Shown: positions 1 to 7,277 of the stretch, one piece after another | Position numbering within the stretch: position 1 is the first letter of the stretch | How the letters are laid out: each line of letters opens with the position of its first letter | Assembly (NCBI GenBank): GCA_964610025.1 | Contig: CAZSTX010000005.1 | Span: 1 to 55,689 of the forward strand | From: an uncultured Lentimicrobiaceae bacterium | GTDB lineage: Bacteria; Bacteroidota; Bacteroidia; Bacteroidales; WCHB1-69 | Direction of reading: 5' to 3' | Length of the DNA stretch: 55,689 nt | Position numbers and translations under genes: made by a program | Notes under the pieces: model-generated | The model's input: the letters and a program-made list of their open reading frames with translations, nothing else | What the model was told of the DNA's origin: nothing | The model's database searches: none

Positions 1-132
1 GTGCTGCGGTAAGGCAAGGGATTGCCAGCAAAATAGGCAGCGGATTTATTATGGTTCTTTCTTGGTTTGCTTTCTTCCCATAGATTTTATCTTGGAATAA
101 CAGGAAGTGGCATTTTGTATTTATTTACTGGA

Positions 133-152
133 CAAGTGGGCAAGCCCACTTG
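133..152. other. Perfect GC-rich inverted repeat (hairpin/cruciform)
   Basis: CAAGTGGGC-AA-GCCCACTTG: 9-bp perfect arms at 133-141 and 144-152. Confidence 0.7.
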
Positions 153-182
153 GTAATATTAGTTTTCACAATACAAATTCAC

Positions 183-290
183 ATAGTGCGGTTAAGAAAT
201 TTCAAAAATGAATAATAATGCAGTTTGAAATAATAATAATAATAAAATAGTGCAGTTTCTAGTGATAAAATTTACAAAATAGTGCAGTTT
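183..290 (+). repeat. Four phased 12-bp direct repeats (core ATAGTGCAGTTT), period exactly 32 bp
   Basis: ATAGTGCGGTTA 183-194, ATAATGCAGTTT 215-226, ATAGTGCAGTTT 247-258, ATAGTGCAGTTT 279-290, separated by 20-bp AT-rich spacers. Confidence 0.85.
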
Positions 291-340
291 AAAAATGATA
301 TTAAAAAGATAAATAGAGAATTCCTGCCAAAATCACCTGC

Positions 341-473
341 TTCTAACAAGCGATATGGTTAATTGCCGATGCAGTGCGTATTCGAGCGGCGCAGCTCGTA
401 TCAAAAGTAGTTGTAACTTGATAGAGAATCGCTTCGAAATGCCAAACGTTTCATACACGCAGCCGTTAGGTGC
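341..473 (+). mobile_element. attC-like recombination-site candidate (imperfect inverted repeat, ..CTAAC ... GTTAG..)
   Basis: TTCTAAC at 341-347 and GTTAGGT at 465-471. Inner complementary blocks are GCG/CGC and TATG/CATA. The length of about 130 bp fits attC sites. No integrase is present in the window. Confidence 0.45.
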
Positions 474-486
474 AAGTGGAAGAAAT

Positions 487-535
487 ATCCACTCTTCTAT
501 CTAGCGGAGTAGCCGAAAGCCGTAAGCGAGTGGAT
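487..535. other. GC-rich hairpin element
   Basis: ATCCACTC (487-494) pairs with GAGTGGAT (528-535) around a GC-rich interior. The right arm overlaps the start of direct repeat 1. Confidence 0.55.
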
Positions 536-589
536 TGATATTCCCAATAAATTCTGGATAGTAAGATAAGTCCAAAAATTTTATCTTTG
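534..589 (+). repeat. 56-bp direct repeat, copy 1 (left of R-M module)
   Basis: ATTGATATTCCCAATAAATTCTGGATAGTAAGATAAGTCCAAAAATTTTATCTTTG, 55/56 identical to 3181-3236. Ends in TATCTTTG (TAnnTTTG). Confidence 0.95.
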
Positions 590-1031
590 TTCACGTCTAA
601 ACTAAATGTTTTCACACGCTTATTATTTTAATACATAAAAAGACATGAAACATTTGTTTTTTTCAAGATATTCAAAAAACATTAAATTTACATCAAAAAT
701 CTAAGGAAATTTATAAATTTTTATTGAATATAATCAAAAAAATCCATTGAATTTAAAAAAAAGCAAAACGTAACGAATTGATACATATATTATAAAAAAT
801 ATTTTTAAAAATATGTTATTTTATTAAAATATTTGTATAATTTTGCACCTACAAAGAAACAAGAAAACATTAAAATTTAAGTGTCTTGAACTAAAATAAA
901 TATATATCAAAATAATTCTCATAAAAACTTTACCAAGCCAACCATTATGTTGTATAAACAAGAATTTATGAAGGGTATAAATATATTAGAGCCAATGCTA
1001 TTTGACCGCACCGTTTAAAGATAACCCGAAG

Positions 1032-1047
1032 TAATTTTGTACCTTTG
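1032..1047 (+). promoter_or_regulatory. Bacteroidota -7 promoter boxes upstream of the methyltransferase
   Basis: TAATTTTG 1032-1039 and TACCTTTG 1040-1047 both match TAnnTTTG. The ATG is at 1080. Confidence 0.55.
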
Positions 1048-1079
1048 TACCTATAAACTAAATTAATGAGAAGAAAAAA

Positions 1080-2369
1080 ATGTTGAATAAAACAAAGCAT
1101 ACAATTATAAACGGAGACAGCCGACATATGAGCGAACTTAACGATGAAAGTGTTCATTTAATTACGACTTCCCCACCTTATTGGCAACTCAAAGATTACG
1201 GAACAGAAAATCAAATCGGATTTCATGATGATTATGAAACATACATTAATCACTTGAATTTAACTTGGCAAGAGTGTTTTCGAGTTTTGCACAAAGGGTG
1301 CCGTTTATGTATCAATATTGGCGACCAATTTGCTCGTTCAACCTATTATGGTCGTTACAAAATCATTCCTATTCATACTGAAATTATCAAATTCTGTGAA
1401 GTGATTGGGTTCGATTTTATGGGACAAATCATTTGGCAAAAAGCAACCACAATGAACACTTCGGGTGGTGCAAGTATTATGGGAAGTTATCCAAATCCAA
1501 GAAATGGTATCGTAAAATTGGATTTTGAATATATTTTGTTGTTCAAAAAACAAGGAAATGCACCCAAACCGACCAAAGAACAGAAAGAAAACGCTTCAAT
1601 GACTAATGAAGAATGGAATACTTACTTTAATGGGCATTGGTATTTTTCTGGAGCAAAACAAGATAAGCATTTGGCCATGTTTCCTGAAGAATTACCACAT
1701 CGTTTAATCAAAATGTTTTCTTTTCCGGGAGAAACCATTTTAGACCCATTTATGGGAAGCGGAACAACTGCTTTGGCTGCAAGAAACTTAAACCGAAATT
1801 CTATTGGTTACGAAATTAATCCTGATTTCATTCCAATCATCAAAGAAAAAATTGGAACAGATGATGCTTTTACAAAAGTTCAAACTGAAATAATCCAACA
1901 GCCTGAATTAAAAACAGATTTTGAAAAACAAATAAAAGAATTACCTTATCAATTTATTGACACGCACAAATTAGACAAGAAAATTGATGTAAAAAAAATT
2001 CAATACGGTTCTAAAATTGATGCAAATAGCACAGGAAAACGAGAAGAATTTTTCTCTGTAAAAGAAATTATTAGTCCTGAACTTATTCGTTTGAGTAATG
2101 ATTTAATAATTCGATTAATTGGGATTAAACAAAATCCAGCTTTTAACGGAAAAGCAACCGAATATTTAATCAATAAAGTTCGTGGCAAAAAAGTATTCCT
2201 TAAATACGATGAAATTAAGCACGACAATGAGAATAATTTAATGGCTTACCTCTATCTTGAAAACAAAACTTTTATAAATGCACATTTATTAAAAGAAAAT
2301 TTAGCATTAGTAGATAATTCCATTGATTTTAAATATAAAACAAAATTTAACTCATTTATCAATGGCTAA
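1080..2369 (+). CDS. Type II R-M DNA methyltransferase (N4-C/N6-A, beta class) with C-terminal SNase-like domain
   Basis: Motif IV SPPY lies near the N-terminus and motif I DPFMGSGTT later (beta order). The last ~110 aa align by eye with thermonuclease (IRLIGI..., D...LMAYLYL...INAHLLKENLA). Confidence 0.93.
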   Translation: MLNKTKHTIINGDSRHMSELNDESVHLITTSPPYWQLKDYGTENQIGFHDDYETYINHLNLTWQECFRVLHKGCRLCINIGDQFARSTYYGRYKIIPIHTEIIKFCEVIGFDFMGQIIWQKATTMNTSGGASIMGSYPNPRNGIVKLDFEYILLFKKQGNAPKPTKEQKENASMTNEEWNTYFNGHWYFSGAKQDKHLAMFPEELPHRLIKMFSFPGETILDPFMGSGTTALAARNLNRNSIGYEINPDFIPIIKEKIGTDDAFTKVQTEIIQQPELKTDFEKQIKELPYQFIDTHKLDKKIDVKKIQYGSKIDANSTGKREEFFSVKEIISPELIRLSNDLIIRLIGIKQNPAFNGKATEYLINKVRGKKVFLKYDEIKHDNENNLMAYLYLENKTFINAHLLKENLALVDNSIDFKYKTKFNSFING

Positions 2370-3060
2370 AAAAGAAATCAAAAGATACTCGTTAGAATTT
2401 GGGAAAAAGGAAAAAGTTCTGAATTATGCTACACAAACTTACCAACTTTCAAGACCCAACAAAGTTGGGGCTGTAATGGCTTTAATCAGAGAATGTCAGC
2501 CAAATACTATTCAAGAATGGGAAGAATGGTATTTTGAAAATGCTACAACAGCAGGAAAAAACACTTTCAAAATAACGAAAGAAAGTTTAGAAGAACTTGG
2601 AGAAAGGCTTTACGAAAAAATTACGGAAGTTGTTATTCCCGAATGGCAAGAGGCTTTTAATGCTTTGACAAAAGAAGATTGCTACAATTATATTTACAAT
2701 CTTACTATCAATCGAACCTTTGACGGATATTTAAGAGAAAAATCAGTCGTAAATGATGGTTTGGTAAAGGCGTTTCCAAATGTTCGTTTTGAAGAAAGTC
2801 CACCTGAATTAGACCACGCAGGAGATATAGACTACCTTGGATACGTTACAGATAATAAGGCATTTGGAATACAAATAAAGCCTGTAACTGCACAGTCAAA
2901 CTTTGGCAACTATTCTGTTTCAGAAAGAATGAAAGCAAGTTTTGAAAGTTTCAAAAAAGATTTTGGAGGTAATGTATTTATCGTTTTCAGTTTAGACGGA
3001 GAGGTTGCAAACAGACAAGTAATTGACCAAATTCAAACTGAAATTGAACGACTGCAATGA
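2362..3060 (+). CDS. Type II restriction endonuclease, probably MjaI family (PD-(D/E)XK variant)
   Basis: Coupled to the MTase by an 8-bp overlap (ATG at 2362 preferred over the ORF-track start at 2323). Carries IDY...GIQIKP (D...QxK) and an N-terminal RPxxVGxVMxLIxE..TIxEWEEWY block that I recall as typical of RE_MjaI-like proteins. Confidence 0.75.
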   Translation: MAKKEIKRYSLEFGKKEKVLNYATQTYQLSRPNKVGAVMALIRECQPNTIQEWEEWYFENATTAGKNTFKITKESLEELGERLYEKITEVVIPEWQEAFNALTKEDCYNYIYNLTINRTFDGYLREKSVVNDGLVKAFPNVRFEESPPELDHAGDIDYLGYVTDNKAFGIQIKPVTAQSNFGNYSVSERMKASFESFKKDFGGNVFIVFSLDGEVANRQVIDQIQTEIERLQ

Positions 3061-3064
3061 TAAT

Positions 3065-3169
3065 GCACTGGCTATAACAGCGTATTGCCAATAGAGCGAG
3101 TGAAGTGCTTCTATGAAACATTCGTGAAGAGTTCAACAACAGTAACTTTATTGAACTTTTGTACTAAAA
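3065..3169 (+). mobile_element. Left half of a second attC-like element, truncated
   Basis: GCTATAAC at 3071-3078 lies 11 bp after the REase stop. There is an internal hairpin AGTTCAA/TTGAACT (3130-3136/3151-3157). No matching GTTA right arm occurs before direct repeat 2. Confidence 0.4.
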
Positions 3170-3180
3170 GAAATTAGAGT

Positions 3181-3236
3181 ATTGATGTTCCCAATAAATT
3201 CTGGATAGTAAGATAAGTCCAAAAATTTTATCTTTG
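3181..3236 (+). repeat. 56-bp direct repeat, copy 2 (right of R-M module)
   Basis: Identical to 534-589 except A540/G3187. Confidence 0.95.
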
Positions 3237-3272
3237 CGTCCAGAAAAAATTATAAATATCAAATTATTACTA

Positions 3273-4007
3273 CTATCTCAATTCAAAATTCTTTCCAAGA
3301 TAAACTTTACGTACTATTTCGTCGTTAGCAAGTTCTTCGGGTGTGCCCGATTTAAACACTTTTCCTTCCAATAACAAATAGGCTTGATTAGTAATGGCAA
3401 GTGTTTCATGCACATTATGATCTGTAATAAGAATTCCTATATTTTTATCTTTTAATTTATAAACTATCTGTTGAATATCTTCGACAGCAATGGGGTCGAC
3501 ACCTGCAAAAGGCTCATCTAAAAGGATAAATTTGGGGTTACTTGCCAACGAGCGGGCTATTTCTGTTCTTCTACGCTCACCTCCTGACAACTGTAAGCCT
3601 TTGCTTTTTCTTATACGCTGTAATCCAAATTCTTCTAACAAAATTTCAAGTTTTTCTTTTTGCTCTTCCCGCGATAAGTTTGTAAATTGTAAGACTGCCT
3701 TTAAATTATCTTCTATCGACAAATGACGAAAAACAGAGGCTTCTTGTGCCAAATAGCCTATGCCTATTCGTGCCCTCCTATACATAGGTAAATGCGTAAT
3801 TTCGGTATCATTAATAAATATTTTACCCGCTAATGGCTTTATCAGACCTACTATCATATAAAAAGAGGTTGTTTTTCCTGCACCATTAGGACCTAACAAG
3901 CCGACTATCTCGCCTTGTTTTACTTGCACACTTACATTATTGACAACAGTACGATTGTGGTATTTTTTATAAAGTCCTTCTGTACGTAAAACATCTCTAT
4001 TTTCCAT
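3273..4007 (-). CDS. lptB: LPS export ABC transporter ATP-binding protein
   Basis: GPNGAGKTT, LSGGERRR, LLDEPFAGVDP, ITDHNV. Start placed at MENRDVL (4007), immediately after the rseP stop. Confidence 0.95.
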   Translation of the reverse strand: MENRDVLRTEGLYKKYHNRTVVNNVSVQVKQGEIVGLLGPNGAGKTTSFYMIVGLIKPLAGKIFINDTEITHLPMYRRARIGIGYLAQEASVFRHLSIEDNLKAVLQFTNLSREEQKEKLEILLEEFGLQRIRKSKGLQLSGGERRRTEIARSLASNPKFILLDEPFAGVDPIAVEDIQQIVYKLKDKNIGILITDHNVHETLAITNQAYLLLEGKVFKSGTPEELANDEIVRKVYLGKNFELR

Positions 4008-4008
4008 C

Positions 4009-5478
4009 TTATCCAAAGAGTTTAAAAATATCGTTCCCAAAAACGAATATCATCAATGTCAATAATATAACCCAACCAATAGTAAGAGCATATTCCATAA
4101 ATTTATCGGGTAATTTCCTACCTATAATCATTTCTATTAAGGTAAACAAAACAAAACCTCCATCTAATCCTGGTATAGGCAAGATATTCATAAATGCCAA
4201 TATCAGCGACAACAAAGCAGTAATATACCAAAATTTAGCCCACACCCACTTGCCGCCGTATATTTTTGCTATTCCAATCGGTCCCGAAACAGATTCGCTT
4301 GCTTTTTCTTCTCCTGAAACTATTTTTTTCAGCCCTTTAATGTTTAATTTCAACATGGTCATAGCATCTTTCCATCCATAAACTAAGGTTTGCAAAACAG
4401 AGTATTGTTTCAATTCATAAGGCATAGCATTAATACCTACTCCTATTTTTCCAGTCGAATCTAACAAGAGCGATTTAACAAGTGTATCTTCGTTGCTTAC
4501 AATGGTCAAATCGATTGCTTGATTAGCAAATTGTATAATATTTTCTTCAAAACTTCCCCAAGTTTGCACATTAATAGAATCGTTAATAAACAATATAGCA
4601 TCTCCTTTTTTTATTCCTATTTTATCGGCTGTTGAACCATCAAATACAGTATCAATGTGAAAAGTAAAATTAGATGCTTTTATAAAATTTTCTCCCGTTT
4701 TCAATAAATGATAGCTTGCCTCTCCCAGCACAACATCTAATGTTTCGCGATTTCGTTCGACTGTAACAATAGAGCCAAAAAACATTTCAGGACTTATCGC
4801 ATCTTGAAAACGTTCTACTGCTTTGCCTTGCACTCTTATGATTTTGTCTCCTGTCATAAAGCCTATTTTCCTTGCATTTTCGTAGGCATAAATTCCATCT
4901 TTCACTGCACTATTAGGCAAGTATTCTTTTTCATAAATTCCTAAAAACATAGCAAACAACAATACTCCTACGACAAGATTAATGATAACACCTCCCAAAA
5001 CCACTATCAAACGTTGCCATGCTGGCTTGGAACGAAACTCCCATGATTGCGGTTCTGATTGTAGATTTTCAATACTTTGCGTTTCATCAATCATACCTGC
5101 TATTTGACAATAGCCTCCCAAAGGCAGCCACCCAATACCGTATTCGGTATTATCGGGATGTTTTCGCCAATCTGTATCGTCTAATTTGTTAATATCTATA
5201 TTTTTATACTTCTTTTTTCCTTTTTCATCTAAAATAGGATTGCCATTGTCGTCTGTGAGCAATTCGGTATCTGGCAAATTTTTAGAAAAAAACTTCCATT
5301 GTAATTTTCCATTTATTTTTTTTATTTTTACAAGAGAATATTTTGGATTAAAAAAGATATAAAATTTATTGACGCGTATACCAAACATACGTGCCGTAAT
5401 AAAATGTCCAAATTCGTGAATAAGTACTAAAAAAGATAAGCCCACTATTAATTGGGCTGCCATAATAAATCCTGTCAT
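4009..5478 (-). CDS. rseP: RIP intramembrane metalloprotease RseP
   Basis: HEFGH, LPLGGY, PDZ region, NILPIPGLDGG. ATGA overlap with dxr. Confidence 0.95.
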   Translation of the reverse strand: MTGFIMAAQLIVGLSFLVLIHEFGHFITARMFGIRVNKFYIFFNPKYSLVKIKKINGKLQWKFFSKNLPDTELLTDDNGNPILDEKGKKKYKNIDINKLDDTDWRKHPDNTEYGIGWLPLGGYCQIAGMIDETQSIENLQSEPQSWEFRSKPAWQRLIVVLGGVIINLVVGVLLFAMFLGIYEKEYLPNSAVKDGIYAYENARKIGFMTGDKIIRVQGKAVERFQDAISPEMFFGSIVTVERNRETLDVVLGEASYHLLKTGENFIKASNFTFHIDTVFDGSTADKIGIKKGDAILFINDSINVQTWGSFEENIIQFANQAIDLTIVSNEDTLVKSLLLDSTGKIGVGINAMPYELKQYSVLQTLVYGWKDAMTMLKLNIKGLKKIVSGEEKASESVSGPIGIAKIYGGKWVWAKFWYITALLSLILAFMNILPIPGLDGGFVLFTLIEMIIGRKLPDKFMEYALTIGWVILLTLMIFVFGNDIFKLFG

Positions 5479-6632
5479 AAATTATTTTTAATTTGAAAAG
5501 CAATTTGTCTTGCTTCGTTATTTATTTGTATATAATTTTCAATAGTTGGATGCGATATATTGTTTATTTTCGATAGCGTTTCTTCTATCACTATAGGAAT
5601 TTGTAAAAAATGAATCTCTTCTTCTAAAAAAGCTTCTACAGCTACTTCATTAGCAGCATTCATAGCACAAGGACAAGTTCCACCTACTTCAATCGCTTGA
5701 TAAGCTATATCTAAACATTTAAACAATTTTTTATCCGGTAAAGAAAAATTAAAACTCGGATAGTCAGTAAATGAAAAGCGTTTCAATTCGTTATCAAAAC
5801 GATGTGGAAACGAAAGTGCATAAATAATAGGTAAACGCATATCGGGTAATCCTAATTGAGCTTTAATAGAAGAATCAGAAAATTGCACCATTGAATGTAT
5901 AATGCTCTGGGGGTGAATTACCACTTCAATTTGTTTAGGCGAAATATTAAACAGCCATTTCGCTTCTATAACTTCTAAACCTTTATTCATCAGTGTAGAT
6001 GAATCAATTGTTACTTTATTTCCCATTTTCCAATTAGGATGCTGCAAAGCTTGTTGAGGGCTTATCTGTTGCAACATCTCTTTGTTCATTCCCAAAAATG
6101 GACCTCCTGAAGCTGTTAGAATAATCTTTTCAACTTTATTGTAATTCTCTCCTATCAAGCATTGAAAAATAGCCGAATGTTCTGAATCAACAGGAATAAT
6201 AGGAACTTGATTGTCAAGTGCTAATTTCGTAATAATTTCGCCAGCTACTACCAAGGTTTCTTTATTAGCCAAAGCTATCGGCTTTTTATGTAAAATAGCG
6301 TTATAAGTAGGCAGTAAACCCGCATAGCCAACCAAAGCCACTAAGACCATATCGATACTACTCATTTCAACAATTTGTTCGAGCGAACGACTACCTGCAA
6401 AAACTTTGATATCGTATGCCAACAAAGCAGTATTAAGCTGCTGATAATATGTTTCGTTTTCGATTACTACTGCGTTGGGACGAAAAGCAATAGCTTGTTC
6501 TATAAGCAAATCAACATTATTTTGTGCTGTAAGCACTTCTACTTCAAAAAATGAATCATGTGTTGCTATTTGCTCTAATGCTTGCCTGCCTATGCTACCC
6601 GTTGAACCTAAAATCGCTATTCGCTTTTTCAT
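5475..6632 (-). CDS. dxr: 1-deoxy-D-xylulose-5-phosphate reductoisomerase
   Basis: ILGSTGSIG, LANKETLV, PVDSEH, HPNWKMG. Start at MKKRIAIL (6632). Confidence 0.97.
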   Translation of the reverse strand: MKKRIAILGSTGSIGRQALEQIATHDSFFEVEVLTAQNNVDLLIEQAIAFRPNAVVIENETYYQQLNTALLAYDIKVFAGSRSLEQIVEMSSIDMVLVALVGYAGLLPTYNAILHKKPIALANKETLVVAGEIITKLALDNQVPIIPVDSEHSAIFQCLIGENYNKVEKIILTASGGPFLGMNKEMLQQISPQQALQHPNWKMGNKVTIDSSTLMNKGLEVIEAKWLFNISPKQIEVVIHPQSIIHSMVQFSDSSIKAQLGLPDMRLPIIYALSFPHRFDNELKRFSFTDYPSFNFSLPDKKLFKCLDIAYQAIEVGGTCPCAMNAANEVAVEAFLEEEIHFLQIPIVIEETLSKINNISHPTIENYIQINNEARQIAFQIKNNL

Positions 6633-6656
6633 ACAATACAATAAAATAAATCAATG

Positions 6657-6664
6657 CAAAAATA
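6657..6664 (-). promoter_or_regulatory. -7 promoter box of the dxr-rseP-lptB operon
   Basis: TATTTTTG on the minus strand, 25 bp upstream of the dxr ATG. Confidence 0.6.
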
Positions 6665-6845
6665 CGAAATTCTAAAACGTGAATAAACAAAGTTTAGTAT
6701 TTAATTGAAAGTATTTTTCAAATCTTCTATTCTATGAAAAGAAAAACGTAAATATTTAATACATTTTCCTAAAATAGTTCTCAAAAACTGTTTCTTATAA
6801 AAAAATGCTTACTTTTGTGATTAAGAAATAAATAAAAACCAATAA

Positions 6846-7001
6846 ATGAAAAATTTTAAAGAGAAAGCAGTCCTGATTTGGAGAATAGCAGACATGCTAA
6901 GAGAAGATTACAAACAGTCTGACTATGAAAAAGTAATACTTCCAATGACTATATTAAGGGGATTAGATTGTGTAATTCAGCCAAGCAAACATACCTTATG
7001 A
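6846..7001 (+). pseudogene. hsdM: N-terminal stub (51 aa) of a type I R-M modification subunit
   Basis: MKNFKEKAVLIWRIADMLREDYKQSDYEKVILPMTILRGLDCVIQPSK* matches the HsdM_N pattern (IWxIADxLRGDYKQSDYGKVILPxTxLRRLDC), with substitutions at conserved G and R residues. TACTTTTG box at 6810-6817. Not in the ORF track. Confidence 0.8.
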
Positions 7002-7277
7002 ACATTCTTTATCTTTTAAGACACATACTTTAAAGATAGGTCTTGTGCCTTAATTGTAATGCCAGCAAAGAGTATTAAAATAAAAAGTTTTTCATACTAT
7101 GTTGCGATTAGAGTGCTATATTGATATAATAGCACAAAACAACACCATTCTTTATTTAGATTATTGCAATTATATAGGAATTAAAAACAACACTAAACTC
7201 TTGTTAAATAAAAAGAGTAATAGAAATGTTTTTTTCAACAAACAATCACCTTATTAGCAACAAATTAGTTGTTTTTC

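Noticed and set aside
1-130. Possible gene fragment at the left edge
   Set aside because: All + frames stop by base 100 with no recognisable motif. The one minus frame open to the edge lacks a proper start codon and any recognisable motif.
183-290. CRISPR array interpretation of the phased repeats
   Set aside because: The repeat is only 12-15 bp, the spacers are 20 bp and low-complexity, there is no palindrome and no cas gene is present.
947-1018. 23-aa ORF MLYKQEFMKGINILEPMLFDRTV after a TAATTTTG box (838-845), considered as a controller or leader peptide
   Set aside because: It is too short, has no HTH or other recognisable motif, and nothing supports translation.
1024-1030. ACCCGAA resembling an IS982-family terminal repeat
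   Set aside because: It is a single 7-bp match, with no partner end or transposase.
2323-2361. ORF-track longer starts (REase 2323, lptB 4040, dxr 6641, nifU 29125, tauE 34646, DUF1599 35467, porP 38510)
   Set aside because: Downstream ATGs match the family N-termini and avoid long overlaps or promoter boxes.
1080-3060. Assigning CTAG (MjaI) as the recognition site
   Set aside because: Family membership does not fix specificity. CTAG and GTAC both occur often in the host genes, so avoidance gives no answer by eye.
7113-7135. 7-bp hairpin GTGCTAT/ATAGCAC between the hsdM stub and the lipoprotein gene
   Set aside because: The stem is weak and has no promoter at the unit-like offset. At most it is a poor terminator.
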